DNA of 64,000 nt, taken from contig SCUO01000018.1 in assembly GCA_004297395.1 (NCBI GenBank), forward strand, positions 2,383-66,382, written 5' to 3'. Positions 9,490 through 22,388 of the stretch are shown here, piece after piece. The notes under the pieces are model-generated. The model was not told the origin of the DNA, did no database searches, and worked only from the letters and a program-made list of their open reading frames with translations. The position numbers and the translations under genes were made by a program. Position 1 is the first letter of the stretch; each line of letters begins with the position of its first letter. This stretch comes from Chloroflexota bacterium (lineage in GTDB: Bacteria > Chloroflexota > Limnocylindria > Limnocylindrales > CSP1-4).

Positions 9490-9693
9490 GTGAACGGACG
9501 CCCCCTCTCCCTGACCCGCCCATCCCTGCGCAACGGTGAGCCCGAGCCGCTCCGCCACGTCATCGAGACGTATCGGCACAAGGACCAGCTCATCACCTGC
9601 GTCTGCGGCTGGCATGGGAGCTGTGCGACGAACGCGACCGGCGGCTCCGACTGGACGACCCACCTGAATCAGTTCCGCACCAAGAGAAAGTAG
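9490..9693 (+). CDS. small hypothetical Cys/His-containing protein (67 aa)
   Basis: GTG 9490 lies 5 nt after AGGAG (9480-9484). The sequence contains CVCGWHGSC...WTTH. I recognise no family. Confidence 0.4.
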   Translation: MNGRPLSLTRPSLRNGEPEPLRHVIETYRHKDQLITCVCGWHGSCATNATGGSDWTTHLNQFRTKRK

Positions 9694-9836
9694 AGCCGGC
9701 TGATCCGGCCGCATCGCCGCGTTGGCGGCTGCGCGCCTCGGCTCACGCACCGCGGGGTGCGCTCGCCTCGCCTGCTCGCCGCCGCCTTGCGCTGCAGCCG
9801 GCTGAGCCGGCATTTACCAGTAACAGCCGGCGGGAC

Positions 9837-11303
9837 TCAGCCCGCGTAGCCCGGGCCGTCCAGGCGCCGGCCCCTGACCCAGGCCCCGCGGACCATGTCC
9901 GGATGGGGCCGGAAGACGAGCCGGCTCGCGAGTTCCGTCGGGTCATCAGCGCTGCCGTAGACGCCGCCCGCGTGGGCGTGCCCGGGGGCGTGGCGGGACG
10001 CTCCCTGGAGCTCCAGGTCGACGTGCCGGACCGGCGCGGTGAGCCCCGCATCCACGGCGATGATGTCCGCCTCCTTGCCCGCCTCGAGCGACCCGATCCG
10101 ATCACCCAGCCCGAGCGCCCGGGCGCCATCGAGCGTCCCGAGCCGGATCCAGTCGAGCGGCGCGAGGACGGGATGGCGGTCGCCGCCGAGGGTCCGTCGG
10201 GCGTTCTGGGCGTAGGCCCCGACTCGCATGACCGAGAAGATCGAAGGGTCCGGGCCACCGGCCACGTCCGAGCCGAGGCCCACCTGGAGTCCGGCCTCCA
10301 GGTAGCGGCTGAGCGGCATCACACCCGAGGCCAGGAACAGGTTGGAGGCGGGGCAATGGGCGACGCGCGTGCCGGTCTCCACGAGCCGCCGCAGCTCGCG
10401 GTCGGAGAGGTGGACGGCGTGGGCCAGGATCGTCCGCTCCCCGAGCCCGCCGGCCCGGTCGTAGACGTCGACGTAGTCGAGGGCCTCGGGGAACAGCCGG
10501 CCGACCTCGGCGATCTCGCCGGGGTCCTCCGAGACGTGGGTCTGCCACCAGGCCCCCGTCCGTGCGGCCAAGGCCGCCGAGGCCGCTAGCAGCTCGGCCG
10601 AGCACGAGACGGCGAACCGCGGCGTGACCGCGTAGCCGAGGCGACCGTCGTCGGCGCCGTGCCAGCGGCCGCACAGCTCCTCCGATTCCCGGACCGAGCG
10701 GTCGAGGATCGTCGAGCGATCGATCTTCTCGTCGTAGGTGATCCGATCCATCATCACCTTGCCGAGGATGGCCCGGATGCCGTGCGCCTCGGCGGCCTTG
10801 AAGGCACCCTCCATGGACGCCTTGAAGACCGCCCCGTAGGCCAGGACCGTCGTCGTCCCGACCGAGGCGAAGGTCCGGAACGCCGCCGGTGCCAGCTCGG
10901 CGGCCGCGGCCGCGTCGTCGAAGCGCCGCTCGAGCGGGAAGACGTAGCGCTCGAGCCAGGTCAGGAGGTCCAGGCCCGCGCCGAGGCCGGCGTTCGGGAG
11001 CTGGGGCAGGTGGGCGTGGAGATCGACCAGCCCGGGCAGGAGCACGAGTGGTCGGAGGTCGATCTCGGGGACCGCACCGATGGCCCCGGCCCCGGATCTG
11101 ACCGCCGTGCGGTCGGCGGCCGGCCCGACCCAGGCGATCCTGCCGCGCGCATCGACCTCGACGATGCCGTCCCGGTGGTAGGCCGTGGCGCCCGCGTGCG
11201 TCGGGGTCAGGACCCGGCCCCGCAGCACGAAGGGCGGGCGATCGGGCAGCGCCGGGTGGTTGCTCAGCGCCGGGTGGTCGGTCCGGCCGTGGGACGCGCT
11301 CAC
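9837..11303 (-). CDS. guaD: guanine deaminase-like amidohydrolase
   Basis: Motifs PGLVDLHAHLPQ, HCPASNLFLASG and GLGSDVAGG resemble guanine deaminase / amidohydrolase-1. The GTG 11303 start is supported by TAGCAT (complement of 11312-11317) 8 nt upstream. Confidence 0.7.
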   Translation of the reverse strand: MSASHGRTDHPALSNHPALPDRPPFVLRGRVLTPTHAGATAYHRDGIVEVDARGRIAWVGPAADRTAVRSGAGAIGAVPEIDLRPLVLLPGLVDLHAHLPQLPNAGLGAGLDLLTWLERYVFPLERRFDDAAAAAELAPAAFRTFASVGTTTVLAYGAVFKASMEGAFKAAEAHGIRAILGKVMMDRITYDEKIDRSTILDRSVRESEELCGRWHGADDGRLGYAVTPRFAVSCSAELLAASAALAARTGAWWQTHVSEDPGEIAEVGRLFPEALDYVDVYDRAGGLGERTILAHAVHLSDRELRRLVETGTRVAHCPASNLFLASGVMPLSRYLEAGLQVGLGSDVAGGPDPSIFSVMRVGAYAQNARRTLGGDRHPVLAPLDWIRLGTLDGARALGLGDRIGSLEAGKEADIIAVDAGLTAPVRHVDLELQGASRHAPGHAHAGGVYGSADDPTELASRLVFRPHPDMVRGAWVRGRRLDGPGYAG

Positions 11304-11403
11304 GGTCGGCGATGCTAGCACGGGCTGGGCGTGCCTCCGGCGCCCATCCGCCGTCCACCGGCCGCCGCAGGCGAGCCGCGGCCTGTCCTGCCAAGATGCG
11401 CTC

Positions 11404-13014
11404 GTGCAGGCGTTCGACACCGTGATCGCGGGGGGCACGCTCGTCGACGGGACCGGGTCACCCGGTCGCCCCGGTGCGGTCGTGATCGCGGCCGACCGGC
11501 TGGGCCTGCTCTGGGAGCCAGCCGAGATCCGGGCCGCGGCGAAGGCCGCCCGGACCGTCATCGATGCCCGGAACAAGGTCGTCGCGCCGGGCTTCATCGA
11601 CCTCCACAGTCACTCCGGCCTGACGATCCTGGCCGAGCCTCGCCACGAGCCGAAGGTCCGCCAGGGCGTGACCACCGAGGTCATCGGGGTCGACGGCAAC
11701 GGCTACGCCCCGTTCACCGACCCGGCCGATCTCGCCGCATTCGTCGAGCTGAACGCCGGCCTCGACGGCCACCCACCGGGCGGCGTGGCCGACTGGGACA
11801 CGGTTCCGAGCTATCTCGAGCGGTTCGACGGTCGGGTCAGCGTCAACCTCGCCGTCCTGGTCGGCAACTCGGCCCTCCGGATCGGGGCGGTCGGCTGGGA
11901 CGACGTCCCGGCCGATGCCACCGCGGTCGGCAAGATGATGGCGATCCTGCGCGAGGGCATGGCCGGCGGCGCCTGGGGGCTGTCATCCGGCCTGGACTAT
12001 CCGCCCGGGTCGTTCGCCTCGACCGATGAGCTGGCGGCCCTCGCCAACGAGGCCGCCCGCGGCGGCGGGTTCTACCATACCCATGTCCGCTACACCCTGG
12101 GCGACCGGTTCCTCGATCCGTTCCGCGAGGCGATCGAGATCGGCCGGCGGGGCGAGGCGCCGGTCCACATCACCCACTTCTACCACCGGGCGACGTTCGG
12201 CGGCAGCCCCGAGCTGATGCTCGGCCTCATCGACGAGGCCCGGGACGAGGGGCTCGACGTGACCTTCGACGCATACCCCTACGAGTGGGCCTCGACCCGC
12301 CTGCTCATCACGATCCCGGCCTGGGTCCAGGCCGGCGGCCCCGGCCCCACCAAGGAGCGTCTGGCCGATCCGCTCGTCCGGGCCAGGATCCGGCGGGAGC
12401 TCCAGGAGCGCGGGATGCTGTACGCCGGCGCCGGCGGGATGGCCGACATCCGGCTCGGCTACTTCGGCCGGCCCGAGCACGCCCGCTGGGAGGGGAAGAC
12501 GCTCGGCGAGCTCGGCCGCGAGACCGGCGAGGACCTCGTCAACCTGGTCTGCGATCTCCTCCTGTCCGAGGGGCTCCGGCTGAACCAGGTGACGCCCGGC
12601 CCGCACATCGACGGTATCCGAAGGTTCTACCGCCACCCGGTCGCGATGGTCGGCACGGATTCGACCTTCATCGGGGCCAAGCCGAGCCCCCGGACGTACG
12701 GCTCGTTCCCCCGGATCCTGGGCCAGTTCGTGCGCGACGAGCGAATCCTGGGCATCGAGGAGGCGATCAGGAAGATGACCTCGATGCCGGCGGCGCGGCT
12801 CGGGCTCCGCGATCGGGGCCGGCTGGTCGATGGCTTCGTCGCCGACGTCGTGGTCTTCGACCCGGCGAAGGTCAGGGCCCTCGCCACGTACGAGGAGCCG
12901 CGGAAGTTCTCCGAGGGCATTGACCACGTCCTCGTCGCCGGCGTGCCCGTCGTGACCAAGGGCAAGCACACCGGGGCCACGCCGGGCCGGGCCCTCCGCC
13001 GGGGCCGCGACTGA
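11404..13014 (+). CDS. N-acyl-D-amino-acid deacylase (D-aminoacylase) family amidohydrolase
   Basis: VQAFDTVIAGGTLVDGTG..., APGFIDLHSHS and GVTTEVIGVDGNGYAP fit this family. GTG 11404 is in frame within ORF 11185-13014. Confidence 0.8.
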   Translation: MQAFDTVIAGGTLVDGTGSPGRPGAVVIAADRLGLLWEPAEIRAAAKAARTVIDARNKVVAPGFIDLHSHSGLTILAEPRHEPKVRQGVTTEVIGVDGNGYAPFTDPADLAAFVELNAGLDGHPPGGVADWDTVPSYLERFDGRVSVNLAVLVGNSALRIGAVGWDDVPADATAVGKMMAILREGMAGGAWGLSSGLDYPPGSFASTDELAALANEAARGGGFYHTHVRYTLGDRFLDPFREAIEIGRRGEAPVHITHFYHRATFGGSPELMLGLIDEARDEGLDVTFDAYPYEWASTRLLITIPAWVQAGGPGPTKERLADPLVRARIRRELQERGMLYAGAGGMADIRLGYFGRPEHARWEGKTLGELGRETGEDLVNLVCDLLLSEGLRLNQVTPGPHIDGIRRFYRHPVAMVGTDSTFIGAKPSPRTYGSFPRILGQFVRDERILGIEEAIRKMTSMPAARLGLRDRGRLVDGFVADVVVFDPAKVRALATYEEPRKFSEGIDHVLVAGVPVVTKGKHTGATPGRALRRGRD

Positions 13015-13020
13015 CGGGGC

Positions 13021-13398
13021 GTGGACCTCGACGCGTTCTTCGACGGCCATCCGTTCGCCCGGCGGGTCCATGACGCCGTGGCGGCGATGATCGAGTCCCT
13101 GGGGCCGACCGAGATCCGGATCACGAAGAGCCAGGTCGCGTTCCGGCGACGGCGGGGCTTCGCCTACCTCTGGATCCCGGGGCAGTACCTGGCCCGTCCC
13201 GGCGCCGAGGTCGTCCTGTCGATCGCGTTGCCGGCGCGGCTCGATTCGCCGCGCTGGAAGGAGGTGGTCCGGCCCGCGCCGACGACCTGGATGCACCACC
13301 TCGAGGTCCGCGACCTTGCCGAGCTCGACGACGAGGTCCTGGGCTGGCTGCGCGCTGCCTTCGAGGCGGCCGGGCCCGCCGGTGTCGTGACGAGGTGA
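13021..13398 (+). CDS. DUF5655-like small protein
   Basis: 125 aa. GTG lies 6 nt after the upstream stop. ...ITKSQVAFRRRRGFAYLW... resembles the DUF5655 family as I recall it. Confidence 0.5.
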   Translation: MDLDAFFDGHPFARRVHDAVAAMIESLGPTEIRITKSQVAFRRRRGFAYLWIPGQYLARPGAEVVLSIALPARLDSPRWKEVVRPAPTTWMHHLEVRDLAELDDEVLGWLRAAFEAAGPAGVVTR

Positions 13399-13500
13399 GG
13401 GCGGCGCGTGCCGCGAGTCCGCCGCGGACGATTGACTGACGCCACGACGCGCGGACCGAGTGATGCCCGCGGACCGGGCGATGCCCTCGGCCGGACTGCT

Positions 13501-13530
13501 CGGGGCGCCGCCCTGGTGGACGGCGCCCCG
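13501..13530. terminator. GC-rich hairpin between convergent genes (10-bp perfect stem)
   Basis: CGGGGCGCCG-N10-CGGCGCCCCG. There is no U-tract. Confidence 0.45.
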
Positions 13531-13566
13531 GTCAGCGTCCGACGGTCGCCCGCCGGACCCCTCACG

Positions 13567-14076
13567 TCAGGGGCAGGAGATGGCCGGGTTCCACTGGGCG
13601 AAGACTCCAGCCGGGTTCGCCTCGGCGACCCACACGTGGAGGTCGTAGTGGATCGGCATGCCCGGGCCGTGGCCGAGCATCGGACCATCGAACGGCTGGC
13701 CGAACAGCGACGGCCGGTCGACATCGGTGGCGAGATCCTGGTCGGCATCGGCCTGGAAGTACTCGACGCCGGCGAGCTTCAGGGAGCCATCGGCACCGGG
13801 GATGTACAGCAGGACCTCGGGGTTGCTCGAATCCAGGCCCGGGCCGAACAGCGCGGGCTTGACGTAGTGGAAGCCCATCGCACCGGCTGGCGACTCCTCG
13901 CAAGGGCTGCCGGGGACGTACCCGGCAGCGAGGGCCTGGTCGACCGAGTGGAACCTGGCGACGTCGGCTCGGACTGCCTGCAGCTCCGGGGACAGCCGAC
14001 CGTCGCCGGCAAGGGCGCCGCTGGCGGCCATGAGGGCAACTCCGGCGAGGGCAACGAGCGGGAGGACGCGACGCAT
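13567..14076 (-). CDS. secreted hypothetical protein
   Basis: ATG is preceded by AAGGAG. It has a signal peptide MRRVLPLVALAGVALMAASGALA and ends NPAISCP. No family recognised. Confidence 0.6.
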   Translation of the reverse strand: MRRVLPLVALAGVALMAASGALAGDGRLSPELQAVRADVARFHSVDQALAAGYVPGSPCEESPAGAMGFHYVKPALFGPGLDSSNPEVLLYIPGADGSLKLAGVEYFQADADQDLATDVDRPSLFGQPFDGPMLGHGPGMPIHYDLHVWVAEANPAGVFAQWNPAISCP

Positions 14077-14190
14077 GGCTGGGACTCCTTGGTGCGGTTC
14101 GCTGACGTCTCACACCGTGCCACCGGACCATCCGCGCTACATCAGTGAAACACCCTATTCGCGTCTGCACTCGCCTCGTAAGGTGAGGGC

Positions 14191-17004
14191 ATGATCGGAG
14201 CACCCCTCGCCATCGTGGGCAGGGATCAGGAGCTGGCGAGGCTCGGCCTGACAGTCGACGCGACCCTCGCCGGCCAGCCATCGTTCCTCCTGCTCCTCGG
14301 CGAGGCGGGCATCGGCAAGACCACCCTGATCACCGCTGCGCTCGCGATGGCGGAGCGACGGGGCCTCCGTTCGCTCCGCGGCGTGGCCATGGAGTCCGGC
14401 TCGAGCCTGCCGTACCTGCCGCTGCTCGCGCCGCTTGCCGAATGCGTCGCCGATGACCCGGACCACCCGAGCTCGGGCCTCGTCAGAGCCGAGCTCCTGG
14501 GCGAGGTCGCGTCGGAGGACCCGGATCGGGACGATGGGCGTTACGCCGCGAGCGCCGACGCACGCGCAGCCCGGCTCGTCGAAGCGGTGTACAGGCTCAT
14601 CAGCGCCCGCCCGACCCTGCTGGCGGTCGACGACATCCAGTGGGCCGACCCCGCGACACTCGCCATCCTCGACTACATCTCGCACCGCGCCATCAACGTC
14701 CCGCTCGGGATCGTGGCGGCCGCCCGCGACGACGACCCGGACCGGCTCGAGCGGATTGCGATCGCCGACGCCCGCCGCTTCGTCCACGTGCCGGTTGGCC
14801 CGCTGCGGCGCGATGCGGTAGCGCTCCAGCTCGAGTCGCTGGGCGGAACGGGCTCGACCGATGACGTCGACGCGATCTATGCGCGCACCGCCGGCAACCC
14901 GTTCTTCGTCGAGCAGGTCCACGCCGCGGCGGTCGAGTCGGGCAGCGTCTGGGGCTCGACGCCGGGCTCCCTGGAGATGCTCGTCCTGCGAAGGATCGGG
15001 CGGCTGCCGCCGGGCTCCCGGGCCGTCCTCGATGGCATGGCGGTCCTCGACCGGCCCGTCTCAACGCGGCTGGTGGCAGCGGCGACAGGCCTGGGGATCG
15101 AAGTCGCCAGGTCGGGCGTCGAGGCGGCGGTCAGGGCCCGTGTCGCCGAGTCGGGCGACGACGGCGTCCGGCTGCGCCACCCCGTCTTCGGCGAGGTGCT
15201 GCGGGCGCACCTGCCGGGGCCCGAGCGCGCCGAGCTCCATCGGCGAGCGGCTGATGCCCTGGAGGTCGAGGGCGGCGATGCGGCGACCATTGCCGAGCAC
15301 CGCTGGCAAGCGGGTGATCCCGGGCCGGCGTGGTCCGCCGCCCTGGCGGCCGCCGATGCGCTGGCCGGCCGGTTCGCCCTGGACGGTGTCCGGCTCCACC
15401 TGGAGCGGGCATTGCGGCTCTGGCCAGCCGACACGCCGGGCCGGGCCGCCGCCGCGCTGCGCGCCGGGAAGGCGGCATGGAATCTGGGCGACCCGGCGGG
15501 CGCCCTCGAGCACGCCCGCATGGCCGAGGCCGCGCTCCCGGACCCGGGTGTGACGGAGATCGAGGTCCTCCTGGCGCTTGGTGCCTACGCCTGGGACGCC
15601 GGTGATCGATCGGGCGCGGATTCGGCCTTCGATCGCGTCCATGCGCTCATCGGTCCGGACACCCCGGCGGTGCTGCGATCACGAGCCCTGTGGGGTCGGG
15701 GACGGGCCGAGATCAGCCAGCGCAGGCTCGTCGATGCCCGCCGCCACGGCCTCGAGGCGGCCGCGGTTGCACGCGAGGCCGGGGAGCTGACCCACGAGGC
15801 CGAAGGATTGCTCCTGTCCGGGATGGCCGTCGCCTGGGCCGGGGCGGAGAGCAACGTGGACATCCTCGAGCGGGGCCTCGAGGTCGCGCTGGCATCGGGC
15901 AGTCCCGACACGATCGGTCACGCGCACCAGTTCGTGGCCGACATGCGCTGGCTCCACGGCGACCTCGACCGTGCCCTGGAGGTCGCCCTGAGCGGCATCG
16001 AGCTGTGCGAGCGGCTCGGGCTGGCACGGTCGCACGGCGCCGACCTTCGCGGCAACGCCGGCTTCTGGCTGCTCGAGCTCGGCAGGCCGGCCGAGGCCGC
16101 TGCCGTCCTGGCCGACGCCGATCCGAGGGCGCTGTCCGAGTTCGCCCGGGCCAGGCTCGCGGTGCGACGCGGAGCATTCGAGCTTGCGCGGGCGGCGCTC
16201 GACCGGGTGCCGACGGCGGGCGGGATCGGCGGTCCAGGGATCCGCGGCGGCTGGCCCGAGTTGACAGAGGCCGAGTTGGCGATGATGCGGGGCGACCTGC
16301 CTTCCGCGGCCGAATCGCTCGAGCGGGTGGTGCTGTCACCCGGGATCTGGCGCATCGACGCGGGCGCCTGGACGATGCTCTGGACGGCGCGCGTCGCCGC
16401 GGAGCAGCGGAGGGCGCCTGCCCGCCCGACGTCGGCCGATCTTGACCAAAGCCTGCTTGGATCGCACCCCGACGCGGCCCTTGCCCGCGCGATCCGTTCC
16501 GAGCTGGCGGCACTCGCCGGGCTCGAGAACGATGGGCGCGAACAGATCGCGCCGGAGTCCGTGGCCCTGTGGCGCGAGGCCGTTGGCGCCTGGCACGATG
16601 CGCGTCGGCCGTACGAGGCCTGTCGCGCCCGCCTCGGCGAGGTCCGGGCGCTCCTGACCCTCGGCCATCGGGCCGACGCCCGAATCGCACTGCGAGCGGC
16701 GACTGAGGTCGCCGATGGGCTCGCCTGCCGACCGCTCGTCGACGCCGCGACCGACCTGGCCCGGCGATCCCGGATCGGCGTCACGGTCATGCGCCGGGGC
16801 CGGCCCGACCCCAGTGAGCCGACACGCCGGGAGCTCGAGGTCCTCGCCCATCTCGCGGAGGGGCTCACCAACCCGCAGATCGCGGCCCAGCTGTTCCTCA
16901 GCCCGAAGACGGTCGGAATCCACGTGTCGCGGATCCTCGAGAAGCTTGGCGCGCACACCAGGGGCGAGGCCGTGGCGATCGCTCGACGGCGCCGGCTGCT
17001 GTGA
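14191..17004 (+). CDS. large ATP-binding LuxR-family regulator (LAL type)
   Basis: N-terminal Walker A GEAGIGKTTL, a long helical/TPR-like middle region, and a C-terminal LuxR HTH ELEVLAHLAEGLTNPQIAAQLFLSPKTVGIHVSRILEKLG. Confidence 0.85.
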   Translation: MIGAPLAIVGRDQELARLGLTVDATLAGQPSFLLLLGEAGIGKTTLITAALAMAERRGLRSLRGVAMESGSSLPYLPLLAPLAECVADDPDHPSSGLVRAELLGEVASEDPDRDDGRYAASADARAARLVEAVYRLISARPTLLAVDDIQWADPATLAILDYISHRAINVPLGIVAAARDDDPDRLERIAIADARRFVHVPVGPLRRDAVALQLESLGGTGSTDDVDAIYARTAGNPFFVEQVHAAAVESGSVWGSTPGSLEMLVLRRIGRLPPGSRAVLDGMAVLDRPVSTRLVAAATGLGIEVARSGVEAAVRARVAESGDDGVRLRHPVFGEVLRAHLPGPERAELHRRAADALEVEGGDAATIAEHRWQAGDPGPAWSAALAAADALAGRFALDGVRLHLERALRLWPADTPGRAAAALRAGKAAWNLGDPAGALEHARMAEAALPDPGVTEIEVLLALGAYAWDAGDRSGADSAFDRVHALIGPDTPAVLRSRALWGRGRAEISQRRLVDARRHGLEAAAVAREAGELTHEAEGLLLSGMAVAWAGAESNVDILERGLEVALASGSPDTIGHAHQFVADMRWLHGDLDRALEVALSGIELCERLGLARSHGADLRGNAGFWLLELGRPAEAAAVLADADPRALSEFARARLAVRRGAFELARAALDRVPTAGGIGGPGIRGGWPELTEAELAMMRGDLPSAAESLERVVLSPGIWRIDAGAWTMLWTARVAAEQRRAPARPTSADLDQSLLGSHPDAALARAIRSELAALAGLENDGREQIAPESVALWREAVGAWHDARRPYEACRARLGEVRALLTLGHRADARIALRAATEVADGLACRPLVDAATDLARRSRIGVTVMRRGRPDPSEPTRRELEVLAHLAEGLTNPQIAAQLFLSPKTVGIHVSRILEKLGAHTRGEAVAIARRRRLL

Positions 17005-17043
17005 AGGGGCAGGCCTCGAGCGAGGGACTCGGCGTCGAGTGAG

Positions 17044-17079
17044 CGGGTGATACGCTCTCGGGCCAACGAGAGCAGCCCG
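17044..17079 (+). promoter_or_regulatory. structured element in the leader of the XDH operon (stem / internal loop / stem / hexaloop)
   Basis: CGGG(17044-17047)...CCCG(17076-17079) forms an outer stem. GCTCTCG(17054-17060)/CGAGAGC(17067-17073) forms a perfect inner stem. It lies 24 nt upstream of ATG 17103, and SD GGAGGA sits at 17085-17090. Confidence 0.3.
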
Positions 17080-17102
17080 ACGCCGGAGGAGCCCGTCGTC
17101 CG

Positions 17103-19432
<2,330 letters not shown>

Positions 19433-19436
<4 letters not shown>

Positions 19437-19912
19437 CCGCGATCCGCTTCCTCGTCAACGGCTCGCCCGTCGAGGTCGACGTCCCCGGTATGCGCCGGCT
19501 CCTGGACGTCCTGCGCGAGGACCTTGGGCTGACCGGCACGAAGGAGGGCTGCGGGGAAGGGGAGTGCGGGGCCTGCTCTGTGCTCCTCGACGGCCAGGTC
19601 GTCGATTCGTGCCTGGTGCCGATGTCCCAGGTCGATGGCCGGATCGTCCGGACGGTCGAGGGCCTGGCCCTCGCCGCCCGCGAGCGGGGCACCCTCGACA
19701 CGCTCCAGGAGGCGTTCCTCGAGCTCGGCGCCGCCCAGTGCGGGATCTGCACGCCGGGGATGCTCATGGCCGCCCGGGCGTACCTGGATGCCGGTGGCGG
19801 CCCGGATCACGACGCGATCCGGGAGGGCATCGCCGGCAACCTCTGCCGCTGCACCGGCTACCAGAAGATCGTCGAAGCGATCGCCGCGGTCGCGGCGGGA
19901 GACGTGGCATGA
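19433..19912 (+). CDS. xanthine dehydrogenase family, [2Fe-2S] small subunit
   Basis: GTG 19433 overlaps the upstream TGA (GTGA). Motifs CGEGECGACSV, CGICTPGM and CRCTGYQKI are present. Confidence 0.9.
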
Positions 19913-20112
19913 CCGACGAGACGCCGACGCACGCCCCAAGGGAGCCCGACGAGCCTGAGCGTCCCGAGGACCCTGGGCGGCTGGAGGATCGGGCGGGCCG
20001 CGAGCCCGGCGAGCTCGTGACGGGCCTGTCGCCGCGCCAGATCATCGGCGGTTTTGCCCTCCTCGCCGGGCTCATCATCTGGCTCCGCCGCCGCGGTCGC
20101 GGGAAGGGCTGA
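19909..20112 (+). CDS. small single-pass membrane protein (67 aa) embedded in the XDH operon
   Basis: ATG 19909 overlaps the upstream stop (ATGA). An acidic/Pro-rich N-terminus is followed by the TM helix IIGGFALLAGLIIWL and a basic tail RRRGRGKG. The next gene starts 3 nt after its stop. Confidence 0.5.
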   Translation: MTDETPTHAPREPDEPERPEDPGRLEDRAGREPGELVTGLSPRQIIGGFALLAGLIIWLRRRGRGKG

Positions 20113-20115
20113 AGC

Positions 20116-20969
<854 letters not shown>

Positions 20970-20973
<4 letters not shown>

Positions 20974-21494
20974 GCGGCCCCGACCTCGACGAGCTCAACG
21001 CCGCGGCCCCGGCGGCAGCATCCGCAATCCTTGCCCCGCTGTTCGAGGGAGCACCGCGGTTCCTGGGCCGCCTCGTGGCGGCGCGGCCGTTCGACGACTG
21101 GGCCTCACTCTTCGATGTCGCACGGCGGATCGCCCACGACATGCCGGAGGCCGAGCAGGTCGAGCTCATCGATGCCCACCCGAGGCTCGGGGCGCCACCG
21201 GGCTCGGTCTCGCCGCTCTCGTTCCGCGAGCAGGGCTACGACCGAGCCGGGGCGGCGGCCGCCGCGGCCGGCGACATCGATGTCGGCGCCGAGCTGGAGC
21301 GCCGCAACGCCGACTACGAGGCTCGCTTCGGGTTCCGCTACTGTGTCCTCGTCGCCGGCCGATCACGCGCGGCGCTGCTGCCCGGGATGGCGGCGGCCCT
21401 CGCCAACGACCGGTCGGCGGAGCTCCACCGGGCCCTCGACGCCGTCGTGGACATCGCCGAGGCCCGTCTCGAACCGATCGGGAGAGCTGGCTGA
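20970..21494 (+). CDS. uraD: 2-oxo-4-hydroxy-4-carboxy-5-ureidoimidazoline (OHCU) decarboxylase
   Basis: GTG 20970 overlaps the upstream TGA. IDAHPRLG and YEARFGFRYCVLVAGRS match OHCU decarboxylase motifs. Confidence 0.8.
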
Positions 21495-21508
21495 ACCGGG
21501 AGGAAACG

Positions 21509-22363
21509 GTGTTCGAGCTCGGCGCGAACCGCTACGGCAAGTCCCGGATCCGGCTGGTCACGGTAACGCGCGAGCCGGAACGCCACGTCCTCCGCGACCT
21601 CACGGTCGACGTCGCTCTCGAGGGCGATTTCACGGCCGCGCACGTGGATGGTGACAACACCAACGTCATCGCCACCGACACGATGAAGAACACCGTCTAT
21701 GCCTTCGCCCGGGACCGGCTGACCGGCGCGCCCGAGGCGTTCGGGCTCGACATCGCCCGGCACTTCGCCGGCTATCCGCAGGTCGATCGCGCGTCGGTGA
21801 CGCTCCGGGAGCACGGCTGGGCCCGGATCCCGCTGGCCGGCGGGCCGGCGCCCGACGCCTTCACCCGGACCGGTGACCTGACCCGCGTCGCCGTCGCGAG
21901 CGCGACGAAGGTCGGGGCCACGGTCGAGGCCGGGATCGAGGACCTGACGGTCATGAAGACGACGAAGTCGGCGTTCACCGGCTTCGAGCGCGACCGCTAC
22001 ACGACCCTGGCCGAGGCCGACGACCGGCTGATGGCCACGAAGATCACGGCCCTGTGGGGCTACGGCGAGACGGCCGCCGAGGCCGGCTTCGACTTCGACG
22101 GGGCGTTCTCGCGGGCGCGCGCCACGCTCCTGACGGTTCTCGCCGAGCACTTCAGCCCGTCCGTCCAGACGTCCGTGTGGCTCATGGCCACGGCGATGCT
22201 GGAGGCCGAACCCTCGATCGACTGGGTCCGGATGGTCCTGCCGAACCTCCATCACTGGACGGTCAACCTGGAGCCGTTCGGGCTCGACAACCCGGGGACG
22301 GTGTTCGTCTCGACGACCGAGCCGCACGGCCTCATCGACGCCACCGTCCGGCGCAGCCGCTGA
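21509..22363 (+). CDS. uox: factor-independent urate oxidase (uricase)
   Basis: GTG follows GGGAGGAAA. YGKSRIRLVTV and DNTNVIATDTMKNTVYAFA are typical of uricase. Confidence 0.85.
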   Translation: MFELGANRYGKSRIRLVTVTREPERHVLRDLTVDVALEGDFTAAHVDGDNTNVIATDTMKNTVYAFARDRLTGAPEAFGLDIARHFAGYPQVDRASVTLREHGWARIPLAGGPAPDAFTRTGDLTRVAVASATKVGATVEAGIEDLTVMKTTKSAFTGFERDRYTTLAEADDRLMATKITALWGYGETAAEAGFDFDGAFSRARATLLTVLAEHFSPSVQTSVWLMATAMLEAEPSIDWVRMVLPNLHHWTVNLEPFGLDNPGTVFVSTTEPHGLIDATVRRSR

Positions 22364-22388
22364 CCGGGTCCGAGCCGACGAGCCGCCG

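Noticed and set aside
9694-9812. Two copies of AGCCGGCTGA(T/G)CCGGC about 100 bp apart between convergent genes
   Set aside because: These are short GCCGGC-based self-complementary motifs, which are expected often in this composition. At most they are weak terminator hairpins. There is not enough evidence for a repeat element.
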